Positions 26,893 through 38,000 of a DNA stretch of 64,000 nt are shown in pieces. Both the position numbers and the translations under genes were made by a program. The first letter of the stretch is position 1, and each line of letters opens with the position of its first letter. This DNA comes from a bacterium (GTDB lineage: Bacteria; Zhuqueibacterota; Zhuqueibacteria; Residuimicrobiales; Krinioviventaceae). Under the pieces are notes generated by a model. It was not told where the DNA came from and made no database searches. It saw only the letters and a program-made list of their open reading frames with translations. Where the stretch lies: positions 2,880,001-2,944,000 of the forward strand of contig CAXXMD010000003.1 in assembly GCA_963675755.2 (NCBI GenBank), given 5' to 3'.

Positions 26893-28323
26893 ATGGGTGA
26901 GAGAGACCGTATATTTAAAAATTTCATGTTCCTGTTAGTTGGTGGTATTATTGCCAGTCTGGTTGAATTTGCAGTAGAGATTGTTCTGGCCCGGCGTTTA
27001 TCAGATACGGGATATGGTCACTGGTCTTATGCTCAGTCAGTTTTTATTTATCTGATCCTGATTGTAGATATGGGGCTTGCAGTGTATGGCGCACGCGAGA
27101 TAGCGCGTTACAGAGACCAAATCAATCGGTTTATGACAAATATTGTAATGGTGCGAACGCTTGTGGCTGTGATTCTTTCTGCTGTGTTGTTTTTATACAT
27201 TTTGAGATCGGGGATCCCTGCGCATTTAAAAACGCTCTATTTGGGTGGTTTTACCATACTAATTGCGCTGGCCTGGAATCCTGAATTCGTTTTTCAGGGT
27301 ATTGAAAAAATGGCGGGTATAGCGCTGTGGCGCGTTCTGAATTATATGTTCTTTTTTATTATTGTTCTGCTGATTGTTCATGGTCCCGATGATCTGCAGA
27401 GGGTTTCCTGGCTCCGTGGAGTTTCGTATATAGGTGCAGCTCTGATATTGTGGTTGATCATTGCAAAAATATCAGGTATACCGCGTTTCAGCGATATTTC
27501 AGTTCTTTCGTGGATTCCCATGTTAAAAGTGTCTGTATTTATTGCCGCTTCAACACTCATAGTAAATGTTTATTTTACATTTGATACACTGGTAATTGGC
27601 AAGTTTTTAGGTGCTCAGCAGGTTGGCTGGTATTCGGCAGCGTACAAGGTTGTTGGTCAGTTTTTAGGTTTAGCTATTATGGTACAGGTTGTTTTTGGTC
27701 CTGTTATTTCACGCTGGCGTGACAATACTCCTAAATTGGATTGGCTTACCTCTGCGCTACAGGTGGTAATGCTTTATCTAGGTGGATTGATTGCAGGGGG
27801 TTTGTATTTTATCTCGGATGTTTTAATAATCCGTTTGTATGGACAGGAATTTGTACAATCGGTTTTTATTTTTCAAGTACTGCTGGTTGTGATTTTTTTG
27901 TTCTTTTATCAGACAATCTATACAACGCTATTGCTTTATAGCGGAAAAGAGCGGTTGTACCTGTGGAGCATGTCTGCAGGAGGTGTGGTGAACTTGGTGC
28001 TGAATTTAATAGTTGTCCCCATATGGGGAATGATAGGGGCACTGATTGCAACAGTTTTCAGCCATTTGGTGATTGCTGGAATTGCCTTTATATTTTATCG
28101 ATACAGGATTCAAAAACAACTGCATCATATAAATTGGGTTGTAATTTTTGTAAAAATGATTTTATTTTTTGTGATGCTGGTAATAGCTTCTTTGATCAAT
28201 AATGCTTATTTTGCATGTATATTGTTTTGTTCAGGTTTTACAGTTTTATATGTTGTAATGAATTTTCAAAAAATCTCAAATGTTTTTAATGGACTGGTGA
28301 CTAACGGAGAACGTTTAAATTAA
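26893..28323 (+). CDS. Wzx flippase 1
   Basis: Multi-TM MOP-fold protein; DMGL...GAREIA; D...IG......VGWYSAAYK; N.VLN...VP.WG.IGA. Confidence 0.85.
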   Translation: MGERDRIFKNFMFLLVGGIIASLVEFAVEIVLARRLSDTGYGHWSYAQSVFIYLILIVDMGLAVYGAREIARYRDQINRFMTNIVMVRTLVAVILSAVLFLYILRSGIPAHLKTLYLGGFTILIALAWNPEFVFQGIEKMAGIALWRVLNYMFFFIIVLLIVHGPDDLQRVSWLRGVSYIGAALILWLIIAKISGIPRFSDISVLSWIPMLKVSVFIAASTLIVNVYFTFDTLVIGKFLGAQQVGWYSAAYKVVGQFLGLAIMVQVVFGPVISRWRDNTPKLDWLTSALQVVMLYLGGLIAGGLYFISDVLIIRLYGQEFVQSVFIFQVLLVVIFLFFYQTIYTTLLLYSGKERLYLWSMSAGGVVNLVLNLIVVPIWGMIGALIATVFSHLVIAGIAFIFYRYRIQKQLHHINWVVIFVKMILFFVMLVIASLINNAYFACILFCSGFTVLYVVMNFQKISNVFNGLVTNGERLN

Positions 28324-29828
28324 TGGCAAATCATGTAGAAAATAATAGTATGCTCAATCTTACCCGGGGTGGTTTGCTTGCTAAAAATACTATGCTGAAT
28401 ATTCTTTTTCAGGGTGTGCCCCTTTTGGTGGCATTAATTACAATTCCTGTTTTGATTAAGGGATTGGGTACCGATCGTTTTGGTGTGCTGAGTATTGCAT
28501 GGATTGTAATGGGGTATTTCAGTCTGTTTGATTTTGGTATTGCCCGGGTATTGATCAAAATGATTGGAGAAAAGCTTGCTGTCGACAAGTATGATGAAAT
28601 ACCAGCCTTGTTTTGGACCGGATTTACATTTTTGTCCATTTTGGGTTTAGTAATGGCTGTTGTTTTGATTTTTCTATCTCATACACTTGTTTATCAGGTT
28701 TTTAAAATACCTCCCGATCTGTTGGGAGAATCGGTCATTGCATTCTGGGCTATATCCGGTTGTATACCGGTTGTTATTACTACTGCCGCCTTGTGGGGAG
28801 TAATGGAGGCAAATCAATCTTTTCTTAAAGTAAATATTGTTCGTACACTAAATACCCTGTTTACTCTATTAATACCGGTTTTGGGATTACTATTTACAAA
28901 CCACATTGGCTATATCATTATCATGCTTACCATTGGCCGGATTGTTTTATGGTTTGTTTCCTTGTATGTTGCGTTGGATGTGCTGGATGTTCTGAAACGC
29001 GGATATATATTTTCCCGTGAACTTGTAAAACCCATTTTAAAACTGGGTGGCTGGATGTCTGTCAGCAATATTATCAGCCCGTTAATGGTGTATTCAGACC
29101 GGTTTTTAATTGGGGCACTATTATCAGTTACTGCAGTGACGTATTATGTTACTCCTTATGAAGTGGTAACAAAAATATTAATGGTGGCCATTGCTTTGAA
29201 CCGGGTTTTGTTTCCCGCATTTTCTGCAAGTTATGATCTGGACAGAACCCGCGCAGCTCGAATTTATGAGTGGGGAAGAAAGTTGTTATGGGTTTTCATG
29301 TTCCCCATTATATTGTTAATTGTACTTTTTGCAAAAGAAGGATTGCAAATTTGGGTAGGGAACGACCTGGCCACTCAAAGTACATTGGTGATGCAATTGC
29401 TTGCACTGGGAGTTTTTCTGAATGCACCCGCACAGGTTTCGCTTAGCCTTATTCAGGCCGCAGGAAGACCGGATATAACTGCCAAGCTTCATTTGATAGA
29501 AACCCCATTATATTTTTTAATGTTTGTATTTATGGTTGACAAGATGGGCATTAATGGCGCGGCTTTGACATGGTCCGCACGTGTATTGCTTGATTCTGTT
29601 TTAATGCATTATTTTGCCGGTAAATTACTGGATATGAAACAATTGAAATTCTTTATCGGTTTGGCCTTTGCCATGATTGTTTTTATAGCTGCCATGGTTA
29701 TTCAATCTACGTTGATTGCTAAATTGTTTTTTGTTGCGGTTATGATTCCTGTTTTATTGCTATTTGTCTTTAAATGGTGGTTTGAAAAAGCTGAATTGAA
29801 ACAGGTTTTGCAGTTCAGGAGAAATTGA
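28323..29828 (+). CDS. Wzx flippase 2
   Basis: KNTMLN, LGTDRFG, FDFGI, DRFLIG.......YYV; multi-TM. Confidence 0.85.
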   Translation: MANHVENNSMLNLTRGGLLAKNTMLNILFQGVPLLVALITIPVLIKGLGTDRFGVLSIAWIVMGYFSLFDFGIARVLIKMIGEKLAVDKYDEIPALFWTGFTFLSILGLVMAVVLIFLSHTLVYQVFKIPPDLLGESVIAFWAISGCIPVVITTAALWGVMEANQSFLKVNIVRTLNTLFTLLIPVLGLLFTNHIGYIIIMLTIGRIVLWFVSLYVALDVLDVLKRGYIFSRELVKPILKLGGWMSVSNIISPLMVYSDRFLIGALLSVTAVTYYVTPYEVVTKILMVAIALNRVLFPAFSASYDLDRTRAARIYEWGRKLLWVFMFPIILLIVLFAKEGLQIWVGNDLATQSTLVMQLLALGVFLNAPAQVSLSLIQAAGRPDITAKLHLIETPLYFLMFVFMVDKMGINGAALTWSARVLLDSVLMHYFAGKLLDMKQLKFFIGLAFAMIVFIAAMVIQSTLIAKLFFVAVMIPVLLLFVFKWWFEKAELKQVLQFRRN

Positions 29829-29829
29829 G

Positions 29830-30546
29830 ATGCAAATTGTAACAGTATATAACAATGAGCGTGTTTTGCATGGAGGATTAAAAGCAAGTCATCCCAATAT
29901 TCTCGAAAATACATCCATAACCCTGATCGATAATACCCAGGGTAAATATGCTTCATTTAGCAATGCTGTTCAGGATAATTTGCATCTATTAACAGATGAA
30001 ATACTTGTCATCACGCATCAGGATGTGATCTTTTATGATGATAAAAGCTTTTTGCAAATCCCTGAATGGTGTCATTCAATTGATAATGACGGTTGTTTTT
30101 TTGCAGGAGTCGCAGGTAGAGTAGAAAAAGTTGGATATAAAGAAGGTGTGGGGATAGGAAATATTATTTCCGGTGGCAGTGAAACCGGATTTTTAACAAT
30201 AGACAAACCTCATATAGTCAATACATTTGATGAATGTGTCATGATTACAAATCTAAAAACCATGAAGCAATTTGGATTATTTGAAAACACTGTAATAAAG
30301 TGGCATTTATATGCTGTTGAAGCTTGTACGATTTTGGCAAAAAATGATTTTAAAAGATACGTTCTCCCGGTTCAGGTAAACCATCTTTCAGCTGGAAACT
30401 GTAATACTGATTATTTTTTAGCAGGACAGCATTTGCTGAAAAAACATCAGGTCAATGAATTGTATACCACCAACGGCAAGTTGACCCGCACATCTGTGGT
30501 AACACGGAATTTAAAATATAAAGCAAGAACGATTTTGGGATTTTAA
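29830..30546 (+). CDS. GT2-like glycosyltransferase
   Basis: THQDV (DxD-like), GVAG, DEC, WHLYAVE pattern of Glyco_tranf_2_5-like proteins. Confidence 0.7.
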   Translation: MQIVTVYNNERVLHGGLKASHPNILENTSITLIDNTQGKYASFSNAVQDNLHLLTDEILVITHQDVIFYDDKSFLQIPEWCHSIDNDGCFFAGVAGRVEKVGYKEGVGIGNIISGGSETGFLTIDKPHIVNTFDECVMITNLKTMKQFGLFENTVIKWHLYAVEACTILAKNDFKRYVLPVQVNHLSAGNCNTDYFLAGQHLLKKHQVNELYTTNGKLTRTSVVTRNLKYKARTILGF

Positions 30547-30552
30547 TAAAAA

Positions 30553-31836
30553 ATGTACAAATCGAACAGCTTACAATTTTCATTAAAAGACTCTGGTTTT
30601 ATTGTGCCTATGCTGGCACTGGTCTTGTTTGCGTTCATTCCCATTGATATTCAGATCTATATTATCCTGACATTGTTTTGCTATTTTGTTTTATGGGGAT
30701 TGTCTTTTGAACAGTCTGATAAATTCAAATTAATTGTTTTTGCAGGTTTTACATTAAGGGTTGTATTGATTTTTGTGGATGAATATCTGGGATCCGTCTT
30801 GCAGGAGCAATCTGATCAGATTTTGTACAACTTGGAAGCCAATATTATTCTGGATAATATCAAGAACAATTCTCCCATGTTTTACAATGTCTTTCCGGGT
30901 TTTGGGGTTAAAAGTTACAGCTTTATTATGGGTATGATTTACAAAGTGTTTGGACCTGTTCCTATTTTGCCAAGGCTATTGAATATATTTTTAAATGTAT
31001 GGTCTGGAATTTTATTATACAAAATTTCACGGGAATTGTTTGAAAAATCAAAAATTGCATTGCTGGCAATGGCTCTCTTTATGTTCTGGCCTTCAAACTG
31101 GGCTTTTACATCTTATGCATTACGTGACAGTATGATAATTTTTCTTTCATTTCTGTTAATTACATACTTTATAGATATTGTAAAAAATAAACCAAGATTT
31201 GGCAATATCTTGATGATTGTTTTGATTTATACGCTGAGCACTTTGCTTAGGAATCAAAATTCTTATCTTTATATTGTCATGTTTTTGTTTTATGGGATCT
31301 ATTTGTTCTTTAAATCCAAGGTGAGAAAATCTTACAAGCTATTATTACTTTTTGGGATCTTACTGCTATTACTGTTTGTATATCTGAAATTCAAATTGTA
31401 TATTGACCTGGTTTTGGCGTATCCCTTTGTTGCGCAGCCCTTGAGGGTTGAGGGCGGATCCGCTTACCTGGTTAATATTGAAATGAACAATTACTGGGAT
31501 GTATTCAAGTACTCTCCGATAAGATTTTTTTATTTCACTTTTGGTCCATTTTTGTGGAATGTCCGTACAATATTTCAATTGTTTTCCGCGCTTGAGAGTG
31601 TTGCGCTTTTTATAGTATTTTGGGGCTTTATTCAATATTTTAGAAAATATAAAATACCCAAAAATGAAAATTTACAGATGTTTATTGTTATTTTTTGCCT
31701 TGTTGGATTAATGGCAAATGCAATTGTGGATTCAAATTTTGGTACAGCAATACGGCATCGTTTAAATTACACCAGTTTCTTTTTTGTTTTTTTTAGTGTG
31801 TATATGCAAAATTTTAAAATTCGTTGGATATCTTGA
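30553..31836 (+). CDS. Putative Wzy polysaccharide polymerase / GT-C membrane protein
   Basis: About 10 TM helices, very AT-rich, SDQ..Y, LRDS, NFGTAIRHR; located among glycosyltransferases. Confidence 0.6.
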   Translation: MYKSNSLQFSLKDSGFIVPMLALVLFAFIPIDIQIYIILTLFCYFVLWGLSFEQSDKFKLIVFAGFTLRVVLIFVDEYLGSVLQEQSDQILYNLEANIILDNIKNNSPMFYNVFPGFGVKSYSFIMGMIYKVFGPVPILPRLLNIFLNVWSGILLYKISRELFEKSKIALLAMALFMFWPSNWAFTSYALRDSMIIFLSFLLITYFIDIVKNKPRFGNILMIVLIYTLSTLLRNQNSYLYIVMFLFYGIYLFFKSKVRKSYKLLLLFGILLLLLFVYLKFKLYIDLVLAYPFVAQPLRVEGGSAYLVNIEMNNYWDVFKYSPIRFFYFTFGPFLWNVRTIFQLFSALESVALFIVFWGFIQYFRKYKIPKNENLQMFIVIFCLVGLMANAIVDSNFGTAIRHRLNYTSFFFVFFSVYMQNFKIRWIS

Positions 31837-32762
31837 TGCTCACATCTTTTATCATTGTTACATGGAATACACGAGATTTAACGCTACGCTGTATTCAGTC
31901 CATTTATGAGCAGGAAGCAAATGCTTTTGAAATTCTGGTTGTAGATAATAATTCTATGGATGATACTTGTGAGCAGATAGAACAAAACTATCCTGATGTG
32001 CATTTGATTAGAAATGGTGAAAACCTGGGATTCGCAAAAGCAAATAACCAGGGGATTCATGCTGCCAAAGGTGATTTGATAATCTTGATGAACAGTGATA
32101 CGGAATTGTTGACTAGAGATTCTATTGGTCAATTAATTTCTTTTTTTAATACAAATGAAAATGCCGGCATTGCGGGTGCTTGTCTTGTCTTCCCGGATGG
32201 GAAAATTCAGGCTTGCGGCAGACGTTTTGTTTCGGTTTTAACATTGATCAAGGATCAATTGCTGTTTCAGGATTCACCCTTGTTCAGGAAATCTAATGCA
32301 CCAGAGGCAATCCAGGCTGTGGATTATGTTGACGGTGCTTTTCTTGCCATCCGTAAGCAGGTTATAGAGCAGATTGGATTGTTGAATGAACATTATTTCA
32401 TGTATGCAGAAGATATGGAATGGTGTGCCGCAGCTCATGATGCAGGTTGGGGAGTATATGTAATCCCGGAGTTAAAAGTATTGCATGTTCATGCTGCAAG
32501 TTCAAAGAAATCGTTCAGGAAAATATTGATTTTGAATGCTGTCAATCAATCCAGATATTTGTACAAAAGATATAATATGTTTAATGCTATTTGTGGTTAT
32601 ATTGTTTTAATTCTGGGTATGATTCTGAGAATACCCGTAAATTTTGCAAGACGTAACGGTTTAACACCAGCTTATGCTAAAGCCGTTGTGACATGTTTTC
32701 GACTGATACCTGTATTTACCAAACTTGTTACCGGAGAACTGGATGAAACGCGTTGCATTTAA
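31836..32762 (+). CDS. Glycosyltransferase family 2 (WbbL/rhamnosyltransferase-like)
   Basis: IIVTWN, VVDNNS.D, NLGFAKANNQG, NSD, GAFL, YFMYAEDMEWC; ATG overlaps the upstream TGA. Confidence 0.88.
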   Translation: MLTSFIIVTWNTRDLTLRCIQSIYEQEANAFEILVVDNNSMDDTCEQIEQNYPDVHLIRNGENLGFAKANNQGIHAAKGDLIILMNSDTELLTRDSIGQLISFFNTNENAGIAGACLVFPDGKIQACGRRFVSVLTLIKDQLLFQDSPLFRKSNAPEAIQAVDYVDGAFLAIRKQVIEQIGLLNEHYFMYAEDMEWCAAAHDAGWGVYVIPELKVLHVHAASSKKSFRKILILNAVNQSRYLYKRYNMFNAICGYIVLILGMILRIPVNFARRNGLTPAYAKAVVTCFRLIPVFTKLVTGELDETRCI

Positions 32763-33873
32763 TGCCCTGGTTATGGGACCCAATATAGGCGGCCTGGGTG
32801 TATATATGCAGGAGATTATGGATTCGTTGCTGCAGGAACAGCACAACTTTGAACCGGTTGTGTATCTGCCAGAATCATGGTGTACGAGCCATCCGGAATA
32901 TTTAAAACATCCTTTTGTGAAATGTATTTCAATTCGGGCCGATAATCCCATATTACGGATTCTGCTTGATCCTGTTTTTTGGCCCAATCAGTTGAAAAAA
33001 GATGCTATTGATTTATATTTTTCACCCATGTCTTATTTCCCGTTGGGTACTAATGTGCCCGGTATCGTTACCATTCATGATCTGCGCAGTTTTAATTGTC
33101 CCGAGTATTATCCGTTTTTACGATATCATTATCTGCAATGGATCATTCGTAGGTCCGCAAGGAATGCTAAACGGATTATTTCTGTTTCCCAATATACTCG
33201 TGATGACATTTTAAAATATTTAAAAGTAGACAGTTCCAAAGTTCATGTCATTCATGAGGGTATACATGCTGAACCCTGGCAAATAAAGCACACAGATGAA
33301 GAATATAACACTTTGAAGAAAAAGTACGGCTTGGAAAAACATTTTATATTATCTATAGGGCACCTGGAACCCAGAAAGAACTATATCCGTTTAATTGAAG
33401 CGTTTTCAATATTGAAAAAAGAGTTTTCAATTGATCATGATTTGGTTATAGTAGGTCAGGAAAACTGGTTTTTTAAAGAAATTTATGCCAAAGTAGTTGA
33501 ATTAAATTTGAATAATTCCGTACATTTTACTAACTTTGTTGAACAAAAAGATATCGCACCTTTGTATCAATTGGCGGATGTTTTTGTGACTGTTTCAACG
33601 TTTGAGGGATTTGGTTTTACACCACTTGAGAGCATGGCTGCGGGTACTCCTGTGGTGGTTTCTAATTGTTCCTCTTTACCGGAAGTCGTAGGGGATGCTG
33701 CAATATTATGCGATCCATATAATGTTAAGGATATTGCTAATTCGATAAATCATTTGCTGTCAGATGAATCGATCCAAGCTGATTATATAGCAAAGGGTTT
33801 TGAACATATTAGGCGATATCCCTGGAGAAAATGTGTCAATGAAACAATGAAAGTAATCGAGGAAAATGTCTGA
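32743..33873 (+). CDS. Glycosyltransferase family 4 (mannosyltransferase-like)
   Basis: TIHDL, EPRKN, EGFGFTPLESMAAGTPVV. Confidence 0.9.
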   Translation: MKRVAFNALVMGPNIGGLGVYMQEIMDSLLQEQHNFEPVVYLPESWCTSHPEYLKHPFVKCISIRADNPILRILLDPVFWPNQLKKDAIDLYFSPMSYFPLGTNVPGIVTIHDLRSFNCPEYYPFLRYHYLQWIIRRSARNAKRIISVSQYTRDDILKYLKVDSSKVHVIHEGIHAEPWQIKHTDEEYNTLKKKYGLEKHFILSIGHLEPRKNYIRLIEAFSILKKEFSIDHDLVIVGQENWFFKEIYAKVVELNLNNSVHFTNFVEQKDIAPLYQLADVFVTVSTFEGFGFTPLESMAAGTPVVVSNCSSLPEVVGDAAILCDPYNVKDIANSINHLLSDESIQADYIAKGFEHIRRYPWRKCVNETMKVIEENV

Positions 33874-35071
33874 ACAGAGTGGGAAAATTAAAGTCATTGT
33901 TGTATTGTCCCGTATAATTATTGGGGGGCCAGCTAATTTTGTCGAGTTGTATGCAACTCACTTACCCAAGGATACTTATAAAGTATTGCTTGTAGGGGGG
34001 TGTGTTGAAGAAGGAGAGCTGAATAAAGCACAATTACTAAAAGAAAAAGGTATAGAAGTTCACCTTATTGATATTATGAAAAGAGAACTGTCTTTTTTTT
34101 ATGATATCAAATCCGTTTATAAATTATATAAATTTATAAAAAAAGAAAAACCTCATATTGTATCCACACATACCGCAAAAGCAGGAGCCGTGGGCAGAAT
34201 TGCTGCCAGATGTGCCAATGTACCGGTTGTTTTACATACATTTCATGGCCATACATTTGAAAATTATTTTTCTCCTGCAAAAACAGAGTTTTACAAGATA
34301 GTTGAACGGGTGTTGGGATTTATTTCAACAAAGATCATTTCTATCAGTCCGCTTCAGCGTTATGATTTGGTCAAAAAATTTAAAATTGCATCAATGGACA
34401 AGGTAGTTACCATTCCGATTGCAATTGATTCCAGTCGCTTTTTGAACCTTGAAAAAAATAACGAGTTTAGAGACACTTTAAAGATCCCCAGTGATGCTTT
34501 TGTAATTGGTATAGTGGCCAGAATTGTACCCATAAAAAATCATAAAATGATTATTGATGTGTTAAAAGAGCTGCATAGCAGGGGTGTAAAAGCGCATTTA
34601 CTTGTTGTTGGAGATGGTGAACTGGAATATAAAACTATAATTGAAGACTATATTGATGAAAAGAATTTGAAACCATTTGTACATTTTACAGGGTGGGTGT
34701 TGAATGTAGAAAAAGTATACTCTGCCCTGGATGTACTGGCATTAACTTCGTTAAATGAAGGAACACCTGTCAGCATAATTGAAGCAATGGCTGCATCCGT
34801 CCCCGTTGTTGCTACTGATGTTGGGGGTGTAAATGACTTGCTGCTCGATAATAAAAATGGATTACTCTGCAAGAGTAATGATCCCCTGGATATGGTTGAA
34901 AAAATGCTGCAAGTTAAGGAAGATATTGGATTTAGGAATGAAATTTGCAAAAATGGCAGAGAATTTGTTAAAGAACACTATAATCACATCACTGTTATCA
35001 AGCGTGTGGACCAATTTCAACGTGAATTATTGCAAAAGTTTTATGAAAAAAATCCAAAATATAAATGTTAA
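33866..35071 (+). CDS. Glycosyltransferase family 4
   Basis: IGGPA, HTAKAG, HTFHGH, ARIVPIKNH, SLNEGTPVSIIEAMAA. Confidence 0.9.
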   Translation: MSEQSGKIKVIVVLSRIIIGGPANFVELYATHLPKDTYKVLLVGGCVEEGELNKAQLLKEKGIEVHLIDIMKRELSFFYDIKSVYKLYKFIKKEKPHIVSTHTAKAGAVGRIAARCANVPVVLHTFHGHTFENYFSPAKTEFYKIVERVLGFISTKIISISPLQRYDLVKKFKIASMDKVVTIPIAIDSSRFLNLEKNNEFRDTLKIPSDAFVIGIVARIVPIKNHKMIIDVLKELHSRGVKAHLLVVGDGELEYKTIIEDYIDEKNLKPFVHFTGWVLNVEKVYSALDVLALTSLNEGTPVSIIEAMAASVPVVATDVGGVNDLLLDNKNGLLCKSNDPLDMVEKMLQVKEDIGFRNEICKNGREFVKEHYNHITVIKRVDQFQRELLQKFYEKNPKYKC

Positions 35072-38000
35072 TTACAAGAAATATGAATTCAATTTATTTG
35101 TATTTTTATTTATTACCATTTTCTGGTATCCTGCCTCTATAGCGTTTGGAAACAGTACTGTTTCGGTACTTGAACAAACACCGCAATATACCATATTAGA
35201 GTGGACCGTTCCGCAAATTGAATTTAATACCCTGCAAACGGATAATGGTGAATATATTGTACCGATATGCGATGATCTGGCAGAAGCCAGAACTCCCGGA
35301 TTTCCCATTTTACCTGTAAATAACCTCCTGTTGGAAAATGTGGATAGTCGTCGAATAACCGTTCTGGATACGGTTTATTCAAATCAATCCACTCATACGA
35401 TTTGCCCTGCACCAAAATATCTATATTCTGATTATAATTCTCAACCTGATATTTCTTATAAAACAGGAAATGTTTATCAAAAAGCTGCTTTTTATCCCGC
35501 ATCTTTTATATCGACATCTCATGCCTGGCAGCGGGATAATTTATTGACCCGGTTCGCCATAAATCCGGTTTTATATAATCCTGTTCAAAACCAGATGCGT
35601 GTATTGAGATATATCAAGATCAGGATTAATGCCGCAGTTGAATTAGATTTGAAAAATCATACAATCCGGTCTAAATCGGGTAATGCCAAACTTGCCAGAG
35701 CAAATTCCGTGCAGACTATTGCCATTGATTCCTGGTGGGAACCCTATAATCGTGATGAATTGATTAAGATCGAAACGCCAACCGCTGGTATGTATAAAAT
35801 TACGGGTGAGGATCTGCGTGACCAGGGTGTTCAGTTGTCAATGATCGATCCAGGCACTATTAAGATTTTAAATAATGGGATTGAACAGCCTTGCCAGGTT
35901 TTAGATGGGGGAGACGGGGAATTTAATGAAAATGATTTGCTGTTTTTTTATGCTGACCGATTGAGCGGTGATAATGATTATTTTCATTCCTGGGCTGTTA
36001 ACAACGTGTATTGGCTGGTTTGGGGTGGTGATGCCGGATTACGATATTCAACAATTTCCAATGAAAATGATTCCGGTTTATCACACAATTACTTTATATC
36101 TACTATTCATATTGAAAAAGATATTGAATACTATCATGGCGATACCAATGAAGCCATACAGGAAACCGACATAACCGACGGTGAAGGGTGGGTTTGGACC
36201 CGGGCATTATATCATAATTCCAGACAAACAATCGAGTTTGATTTACCGGGACTGTTCTCTGGTACAACCTTGGATGATTCTTTGAGAATACGATTGAGAT
36301 TCAGAGGAATGACCATTGATTCAGCAGAAAATGATCATCATCTTTTATTATCGGTGAACGATAATCGTATTGGGGAAGGCTATTTTAATAACCGCCAAGA
36401 GTGGTTACCATATTTTTCAGTTCCTGTATCAAACCTGCTGGAATCTGGTAATCAATTATTAATAGAATCTGTTGCAACCAATGCCGAAATCTCACAGGTA
36501 TATTTTGACTGGCTTGAGGTTGATTATCCCCGCGCCTTGCAGGTTGAAAATGGTCAGCTCTTGATCGATTCGTTAGATACGGTTGAACATGCTCTGCAGA
36601 TCAGTGGTTTACAATCTGATTCTGTTTTTGTTTTTAATCTACGGGAACAAAAAGAGCTGGTGAATAAAAGTGTAACAACGGGCAAGTTGTTAAATATTAA
36701 AGTGCAATCCGCTGCTATTGGTGATGGAAATTACAGCCGTTTCTTGATTGAAAATGAATTGATATATGAAGGTACCCGTGGAATTGGTATGGTGGTAATC
36801 AATCAGCATACCGGTAATGTAGAGATGAAAAGGACTTTTGATACGTGGGGCTCTACAGCGGATGCAGATAGCCTGGTTGCAGTTGTAAACAGAATTGCTG
36901 ATGGCCGTATTGTATTATGCGCAATTAAAGATGAGGGTTCTAACCACCTAAGCGAAGAACAGTTTAATGCTTTGGAAACACTTGGTAGCAGCCAGATCCA
37001 AAACTTGACAGAACGAGCATCGTGGGCTTTAATCGGAAGAAAGGGAGCCGAGCCGGGTACGGCAATAGAAGTATTATCCGCTTCGGGTGAAGGACCGGCG
37101 CACATTGATGACTATATCAATTTTACAGAAGGTGATGGGTTTGTTTGTCGTTTTAATGTGCCTGAAAAACAAACGGGACCTTTTGTTGTATTTGATATTA
37201 TGGGATTAAAGCAACCCCTTTTAGAAAAAATACAACTGGGTGAATTGTCTTCTGTGCAGAATGGTGCGGATTATATTATTGTTACCCACCCTGATTTTAT
37301 GGCTAGTGCCAATCAATTGGCGGCTCATCGTCAGACGCAAAATGGATTCAGAACCTATGTTGCTAATGTTAATGAGATATATAATGAATTCAATTACGGG
37401 ATAAAGGATCCGGTAGCTGTTAAACGGTTTCTGGAACATGCATATAACAACTGGCAAAAGCCAGCACCGGAATATGTAGTCATGTTGGGCGACGCAAGCT
37501 GGGACCCACTAAAGAATTCCGGAGATGACAGTAAAGAGGATTTTGTTCCTGTTTATGGAAATCCGGTTAGCGATGTTTGGTATGCCTGTATGGATGGCGA
37601 GGATGACATTGTTCCGGATATGAATATCGGTCGGATTCCGGTTGAATCAGAAGATCAAGCTCAAAATTATCTGGATAAAATAATGGAATACGAATCCACT
37701 GCACCCGCATCATGGAAAAAGAATTTTTTGTTTATCAGTGGTGGATTTGATCAGTATGAACAACTGGTATTTGGTCAACAATCTCAGACTTTGATTGATG
37801 ATTTTGTTTCAGTGCCTCCTGTGGGTGGTAATGCTATACTTATTGGTAAAGAAACTACAGGTCTTGCAGAAGGTGAACACCGTGATGATCTGTTGAACAC
37901 ATTTGACGATGGTATTGTCTGGGCTAACTTTATCGGCCATGCAGGCAGCAGCACATGGGACCTAATGTTCCACAATCCGGATATTGATTTGCTGAATAAT

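Noticed and set aside
34833-35042. First 70 codons of the 1990-aa ORF
   Set aside because: Overlaps the GT4 gene in another frame; the signal peptide follows Met at 35043.
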